Positions 9,287 through 14,267 of a stretch of 44,964 nucleotides of DNA are shown here, piece by piece. A program made the position numbers and the translations under genes. Numbering within the stretch: position 1 is the stretch's first letter; each line of letters begins with the position of its first letter. This DNA comes from Candidatus Dadabacteria bacterium UBA1144 (GTDB lineage Bacteria > Desulfobacterota_D > UBA1144), in NCBI GenBank assembly GCA_905181755.1, contig CAJIYY010000024.1, forward strand, positions 1-44,964, written 5' to 3'. A model generated the notes under the pieces. It was not told the origin of the DNA and did not search any database. It worked only from the letters and a program-made list of their open reading frames with translations.

Positions 9287-10980
9287 TGTCTAAGAAAAAA
9301 TTCCCAATCAAAGACTTGGCTTATCCAACAACCTATAAGTGGAAAAATAAATTCGACTATGATTGGAATACAAAAAGCGATCAAAGAAATTGGACACTTC
9401 CTAAGGTTCTTAGAGATCAGGCTAGTTCCAACCCAAATAAAGATTTTTTACAATTCAGCAACAATAAAGCTCTAACCTTTTCTGAAGTTAATATTCAAGC
9501 AAATAAAATTGCAAACTCTTTGGATAAGCTGGGTATAAAGAAAACAGATAAAGTATCTGTTTATATGCCAAACTCGCTAGAGATATGTCTCGCCTGGTTT
9601 GGGATTTTAAAAAATGGGTCCATCATGGTTCCTGTTAATACCGCCTATGTGATGGATTTTCTTCAATATATAATTGAGAGCTCAGACTCTAAAATAATCA
9701 TCATTGCCGAAGAATATTTAGAGCGCCTGGCAAATATTCAAGATAGAATTCCAAAGATTGAAAAAGTAATTGTATGGACTAGAAACAATGAGGACAATTT
9801 TGATTCACATGGTTTCAACAAAATTGAATCCATGTCATGGAATAAATTCATATTAAATGGCTCAGAAGATGAGCCGAAAGTTGAAATTACACACATGGAC
9901 CATGCTAGACTCATGTATACATCTGGTACCACTGGTAAATCTAAAGGTGTTGTTAGGCCATGTGCTGCAGATTATTCATCTGCACAGAATTACTCCTCTA
10001 TTATGGATCTCACAGAAAGTGATACTGTTTTTACATGTTTACCTCTTTTTCATTCTAATGCAATGGTTATGGGAGTCTATCCTGCTATGATAAGCGGCTG
10101 CAAAGTTGTAGTTGAAGAGAAGTATTCTGCGAGTAAATTTTGGAAATGGATGAAAGATTATGAAATAACCAAATTCAATCTTGTTGGAGTAATGTCTTAC
10201 TTCATGTGGAATGCCCCCAAAGTTCCTGAAGAGAAACAACATAAAGTAGAGCTGGTCCTTGGAAGCCCTGCACCTCACGATATCATTGAAGAATTTATGG
10301 ATAGATTTAACATTCTTTTTACAGAAGGATATGGACTAACAGAAGTAGGACAATGTACTTTTACTAGGCCTAATGAGCCTTTTAGGGTTGGATCTTGCGG
10401 AAAAGAGTCTCCAGGATACGAAATAAAAATTGTTGATCCTGAAACTGATAAAGAACTTGAAAGGGATACGCCTGGTGAACTTGTTTTGAGACCAAGAATT
10501 CCAAATATCTGCCTTCATTATTATTATAAAATGCCTGAAAAGACAGTTTCAGACTTTAGAAACTTATGGTTTCATACTGGGGACTTGTGCAGAATGGATG
10601 AGGATGGCTACATATTTTTTATGGATAGGGTGAAGGATTACATAAGAAGAAGAGGTGAGAATATTAGCTCTTTTGAAGTTGAAAATCTCATATCTACCCA
10701 TCCAAGCATCGAAGAGTCCGCAGCAATAGCAGTGAAGCTAGACGAACAAGGGCGTCATTCAGAGGATGAATTAATGATTGTGCTTGTTCTAAAAGAAAAT
10801 ATGGACCTTAGTCCTGTAGATTTAATAGAGTTTTTAAAGCCAATAATGCCTAAATTTATGATTCCAAGATTTGTAAGATTCCGAGATTCTCTACCAAAGA
10901 CACCTACCAATAGAGTTCAAAAGGTGAAGCTAAGAGAAGAAGGAATAACCAAAGACACATGGGATTCCCTCAAAAAATAA
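9286..10980 (+). CDS. AMP-dependent acyl-CoA synthetase/ligase (CaiC-like subgroup)
   Basis: AMP-binding motif MYTSGTTGKSKGV, plus LPLFHSNAM, GYGLTE, HTGDL and a C-terminal PKTPTNRVQK lysine motif. Confidence 0.85.
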   Translation: MSKKKFPIKDLAYPTTYKWKNKFDYDWNTKSDQRNWTLPKVLRDQASSNPNKDFLQFSNNKALTFSEVNIQANKIANSLDKLGIKKTDKVSVYMPNSLEICLAWFGILKNGSIMVPVNTAYVMDFLQYIIESSDSKIIIIAEEYLERLANIQDRIPKIEKVIVWTRNNEDNFDSHGFNKIESMSWNKFILNGSEDEPKVEITHMDHARLMYTSGTTGKSKGVVRPCAADYSSAQNYSSIMDLTESDTVFTCLPLFHSNAMVMGVYPAMISGCKVVVEEKYSASKFWKWMKDYEITKFNLVGVMSYFMWNAPKVPEEKQHKVELVLGSPAPHDIIEEFMDRFNILFTEGYGLTEVGQCTFTRPNEPFRVGSCGKESPGYEIKIVDPETDKELERDTPGELVLRPRIPNICLHYYYKMPEKTVSDFRNLWFHTGDLCRMDEDGYIFFMDRVKDYIRRRGENISSFEVENLISTHPSIEESAAIAVKLDEQGRHSEDELMIVLVLKENMDLSPVDLIEFLKPIMPKFMIPRFVRFRDSLPKTPTNRVQKVKLREEGITKDTWDSLKK

Positions 10981-10983
10981 CTT

Positions 10984-12333
10984 TTATTTATCCCAAGGAT
11001 GTTTCTTCTCGGGTTTCTGCGTATAAGGATTTTCTTTATCAGGATGAAAATACTTGAAGGTATTAACGTGTTGATCAGTATAAGAACCTGGAGGATAATA
11101 TTTATCATAAAAATCCAAATCCATATTCTGAGCCTGGAAAACTAATCTCATATACATTGGATCGACATAAGCTGGAAAGGATCCATAGGTATTGTAAATA
11201 TAGTCGGCAACAGACTTAACAATCTCATTTGTTGTATCGGTAGGTCTTGGTGCCTTAACTAAATGTTTATCTGGCTCTGCATAAGGAAAAGGTTTTTTAC
11301 TATCCCAAGCAGCCCATTTATGTTCATCCATTTTATCAAAAGCTTCTGACATATCTTTGTAATAAGGAGGGCAGTACCCTTCAAAAATTCCATCTTTACC
11401 AACAGGTCTAGTAGGACCAGACTTTGGTTGTTCAAATCTAAAACCTAACCCTTTAAAGAGTTCCGGATTTGATCCTAGGGTAAACCTTGGTATAAGACCA
11501 GTGAATGTCCAACCACCTAACCCAAGAGCTTGAAGTGCTAGTGACATATTCTGGCAAATAAATGCTTGTTCAACATTGAGACCTGTAAGTATTCTGACCT
11601 CAAGATCATAGAGTGACATTTTGACTTCTTCTTTTATTCTTCCAGAAGCAATCCATTTGTCTTGACCGCAAGAGCGATTATTTTTTTCATCCCAAATATT
11701 GAAGGCATAAGTACTACTACAATAAAGTGTTAGTAAATTTAAATACTCCTCAGTTATATCAGTGACAGGAATAAATGTTGTAGTCCCTGGCTTGTTCGTA
11801 TTCCATTGATTAAAGTCAAAGAGGCCTGGCATCTTGTCTGGCAAATTAGCCCTACCGTCTTCAAGCTTAACAAGTCCTTCTCTATATAGTTCTAACAATC
11901 TGTCAATTTTATCATTAACATCTAGCCTAAAAAAGACATCTAGTTCTTTGTCTTTTGGCAACATGTTTTTAACATCCACATAATAAAGACCAGAGTCATT
12001 AGTAAAGAATAGCTCTGTACCGTGGTTATTACATGCAGATGGCCAAGTTCTACCGGTCCATTGACACAGCAAATCAATTCCATTCTCTGGTGGTAAATCT
12101 GCTAAACACAATCCTGTTAATCCTGTTCCTGCCCAAACCAGCATAGCTTCCTGAAACTCTGTCAAAGGGACTGGATCTATTTTTGATTTATAGCCTAGGG
12201 AACTATCGGATGGTAGCTCCATACCCAAACCAAACCTTCTGGATCTTCTATTAAAAATAGCTTCGAAGAGTGGATATTTTAAAGCTGCTTCGTAATTTAT
12301 TTTACCTTTAGTTTTTCCATTTTTTTTTGTCAT
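10984..12333 (-). CDS. SagB-type / nitroreductase-superfamily-like protein with long insertion and C-terminal extension; function unknown
   Basis: Nitroreductase-fold hallmarks: LFEAIFNRRSRRF near the N-terminus, RTWPSACNNHGTELFF..GLYYV (PSAG-like block), and QNMSLALQALGLGGW at about residue 261-275. I prefer the ATG at 12333, preceded by GAGGTG, over the upstream ATG at 12372 in the ORF track. Confidence 0.55.
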   Translation of the reverse strand: MTKKNGKTKGKINYEAALKYPLFEAIFNRRSRRFGLGMELPSDSSLGYKSKIDPVPLTEFQEAMLVWAGTGLTGLCLADLPPENGIDLLCQWTGRTWPSACNNHGTELFFTNDSGLYYVDVKNMLPKDKELDVFFRLDVNDKIDRLLELYREGLVKLEDGRANLPDKMPGLFDFNQWNTNKPGTTTFIPVTDITEEYLNLLTLYCSSTYAFNIWDEKNNRSCGQDKWIASGRIKEEVKMSLYDLEVRILTGLNVEQAFICQNMSLALQALGLGGWTFTGLIPRFTLGSNPELFKGLGFRFEQPKSGPTRPVGKDGIFEGYCPPYYKDMSEAFDKMDEHKWAAWDSKKPFPYAEPDKHLVKAPRPTDTTNEIVKSVADYIYNTYGSFPAYVDPMYMRLVFQAQNMDLDFYDKYYPPGSYTDQHVNTFKYFHPDKENPYTQKPEKKHPWDK

Positions 12334-12393
12334 ACGGACACCTCGCTTGTCAACTAAGTAAGTATAAATCAAAAGAATGGGTTTGAAAATGAA

Positions 12394-12822
12394 TTAGGCT
12401 AAAGCAAGCTTTTTAGTTTCTTCTCTTTCTAGCTCTCTTATGGCTAATTTAACAGTTGAGATTCCTAGAGTGGAGCATTTTGGACGAGAGAGAGCAAGCT
12501 CTTCACCAATAATATCGGTGATAACCTCAGGCCCCATGCTTAAGACTTCTTCTTTGGACTTCCCGATTACCACTTCAGATATAATCGAAGTACCTGCCTG
12601 ACTAACAATACAACCCTCACCTTCAAACTTAAAATCGGTAATAATTCCATCTTGGAATTGAAGACAAACAGTAACAATATCTCCGCACCCTGGGTTGCCA
12701 CCATTCTGCTTAATATCACATTTGTGCGCATCTTCACTTACATCATTTAGAGAACCCGCATTTCTGGGGTTCTCATAATGATCTAGTATAAAGTCCATCA
12801 ATTCCTGCTTATCTTTTGTCAA
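12394..12822 (-). CDS. sufU: SufU/IscU-type Fe-S cluster scaffold / sulfur acceptor (NifU N-terminal-like)
   Basis: ILDHYENPRN, NPGCGD, GEGCIVSQAGTS and SRPKCS give the three conserved Cys ligand blocks of SufU-type proteins. A GAGGA SD lies in the 11-nt gap after the rhodanese stop. Confidence 0.8.
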   Translation of the reverse strand: MTKDKQELMDFILDHYENPRNAGSLNDVSEDAHKCDIKQNGGNPGCGDIVTVCLQFQDGIITDFKFEGEGCIVSQAGTSIISEVVIGKSKEEVLSMGPEVITDIIGEELALSRPKCSTLGISTVKLAIRELEREETKKLALA

Positions 12823-12833
12823 TAAAATCCTCT

Positions 12834-13676
12834 TTATTTTTCAATTGGTGCTTGAACCAAATTTCCCCACTCGGTCCAAGATCCATCATAATTTTTGACG
12901 CTCTTATATCCAAGCAAATAGGTTAAAACAAACCAAGTGTGTGAAGATCGTTCACCTATTCTACAATAAGCAATAACATCATCCTCAGGCTTAAGCCCAG
13001 CTCCACCTTGATATATCTCTAATAATTCATCAGCAGACTTGAATGTACCATCCTCATTTGCGGCAGTAGCCCACGGTACACTTTTTGCATTAGGTATATG
13101 ACCGCCCCTAAGCGCACCTTCTTGAGGGTAAGCTTCCATATGCAACATTTCACCACTAAACTCTTTTGGTGATCTAACATCAATCAAAGAACCCAAAGCA
13201 GCGCTATGTTCTTTAACTTCTTCTCTAAAGGCTCGAATATTCAAATTAATATCGCTGACTTTATAGTTTGTATTTTCTGAAGCTGGAACGTCTCTAGTCA
13301 CGGGCTTATCTTCTTGAACCCATTTCTGTCTTCCACCATTCATAATAAGACATTTGGCATGTCCATATATTTTAAATGTCCAAAGAGCATAGCATGCCCA
13401 CCAATTGCTTTTGTCACCATAAAACACTATCGTATCTTCAGGTGAAATACCTTTAGAAGACATAAGTTTTTCAAAATTTTCCTTATTAACATAGTCTCTT
13501 ATTAGACTATCCTGAAGCTCAGTCTCCCAATCTAATTTAATTGCGCCTTCTATATGACCAATGTCATACAAAAGAATATCCTCGTTAGATTCAACTATCT
13601 TAATTCCTGGCTTATCTTTATTCTCAAGAACCCAATCGGTTGAAACTAACAACTCGGGATTTTTATATTCTGCCAT
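12834..13676 (-). CDS. Two-domain rhodanese (thiosulfate/3-mercaptopyruvate sulfurtransferase family)
   Basis: Active-site loop [13 protein letters not shown]-terminal [10 protein letters not shown], and a tandem rhodanese architecture of 280 aa. A GGAGG SD lies at 13683-13687. Confidence 0.85.
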   Translation of the reverse strand: MAEYKNPELLVSTDWVLENKDKPGIKIVESNEDILLYDIGHIEGAIKLDWETELQDSLIRDYVNKENFEKLMSSKGISPEDTIVFYGDKSNWWACYALWTFKIYGHAKCLIMNGGRQKWVQEDKPVTRDVPASENTNYKVSDINLNIRAFREEVKEHSAALGSLIDVRSPKEFSGEMLHMEAYPQEGALRGGHIPNAKSVPWATAANEDGTFKSADELLEIYQGGAGLKPEDDVIAYCRIGERSSHTWFVLTYLLGYKSVKNYDGSWTEWGNLVQAPIEK

Positions 13677-13688
13677 TTTATTCCTCCA

Positions 13689-13715
13689 TCTGACTTTACT
13701 ACAAGTGAAGTCAGA
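13689..13715 (-). promoter_or_regulatory. 8-bp stem / 11-nt loop hairpin one nucleotide upstream of the rhodanese Shine-Dalgarno; candidate translational or attenuator element
   Basis: Inverted repeat TCTGACTT (13689-13696) / AAGTCAGA (13708-13715). There is no following U-tract, so it is not a classic intrinsic terminator. It lies between the poly-Cys sORF stop and the rhodanese SD. Confidence 0.45.
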
Positions 13716-13746
13716 AAATATTTAAATTTTAATCTTATAACTAGAA

Positions 13747-13836
13747 CTATTTGTAGTTACAACAACACAAGTTTGAGATTCTACAACAACAAGTAGCAGC
13801 AAAGCTAACAAAATTGATACTTACTGTCTTAGACAT
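13747..13836 (-). CDS. 29-codon poly-cysteine small ORF (leader peptide or small Cys-rich peptide): MSKTVSINFVSFAATCCCRISNLCCCNYK
   Basis: Hand-translated: AGGAG (revcomp of 13843-13847), 6-nt spacer, ATG at 13836, TAG at 13749-13747. Six UGU Cys codons fall in two triplet runs. It is co-oriented with, and 70 nt upstream of, the rhodanese gene. Confidence 0.6.
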   Translation of the reverse strand: MSKTVSINFVSFAATCCCRISNLCCCNYK

Positions 13837-13952
13837 AACAAACTCCTAATCTTTAATTTGTAACTCAAAGAGGAAAGGCATTGAATAACACCTTTGCCCT
13901 ATTTAGCAATTCTTTAAAGTCGCTGCAATTAGAGTTAAATGACGACATTAAT

Positions 13953-13982
13953 ATTATAGCACTTAAATAAAATAAAAATCAA
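13953..13982 (-). promoter_or_regulatory. Putative sigma70-type promoter with extended -10 for the sORF-rhodanese-sufU operon
   Basis: On the minus strand: TTGATT (13982-13977), 18-nt spacer, TGcTATAAT (-10 at 13958-13953). An AT-rich background makes chance matches likely. Confidence 0.35.
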
Positions 13983-14024
13983 TATTATATTTCAATAAGA
14001 TAATCAGTAGGTTATTATTAAGCC

Positions 14025-14267
14025 ATGAGTGAAAATGAAGAAAAACCAGTTGAAGAGCCTTCTAGTAAGGCCAGCACTGAGCCTGAAGCTTCAGAAGCAG
14101 AGTCTAGCGAAGTAGGTGAGGAATCACATACTGTACTAGATTACCCCGATAGAGTTCCCAATGCTGAAAGAGGTGCAAGCCATTCCCATTCATATGTGAT
14201 GCTTAAAATATTAGTTCTTATGATATTTTTTTCTCTACTAATGGCCAAATTTACTTCACCTTTCTAG
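14025..14267 (+). CDS. Hypothetical small protein: acidic low-complexity N-terminus plus a single C-terminal transmembrane helix
   Basis: 80-aa ORF. The E/S/P-rich first 35 residues are followed by VMLKILVLMIFFSLLMAKF. It fills what would otherwise be an unusually long non-coding gap. The SD is weak and I recognise no homology. Confidence 0.4.
   Translation: MSENEEKPVEEPSSKASTEPEASEAESSEVGEESHTVLDYPDRVPNAERGASHSHSYVMLKILVLMIFFSLLMAKFTSPF

Noticed and set aside
13747-13836. Calling the poly-Cys sORF a bona fide TOMM/streptolysin-S-type RiPP precursor.
   Set aside because: I have not adopted this as the primary call. No YcaO/SagCD cyclodehydratase, leader peptidase or ABC exporter occurs in the window. 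The putative leader is only about 15 residues. The context (rhodanese, SufU) fits cysteine/sulfur regulation at least as well. I keep it as an alternative hypothesis in the findings.
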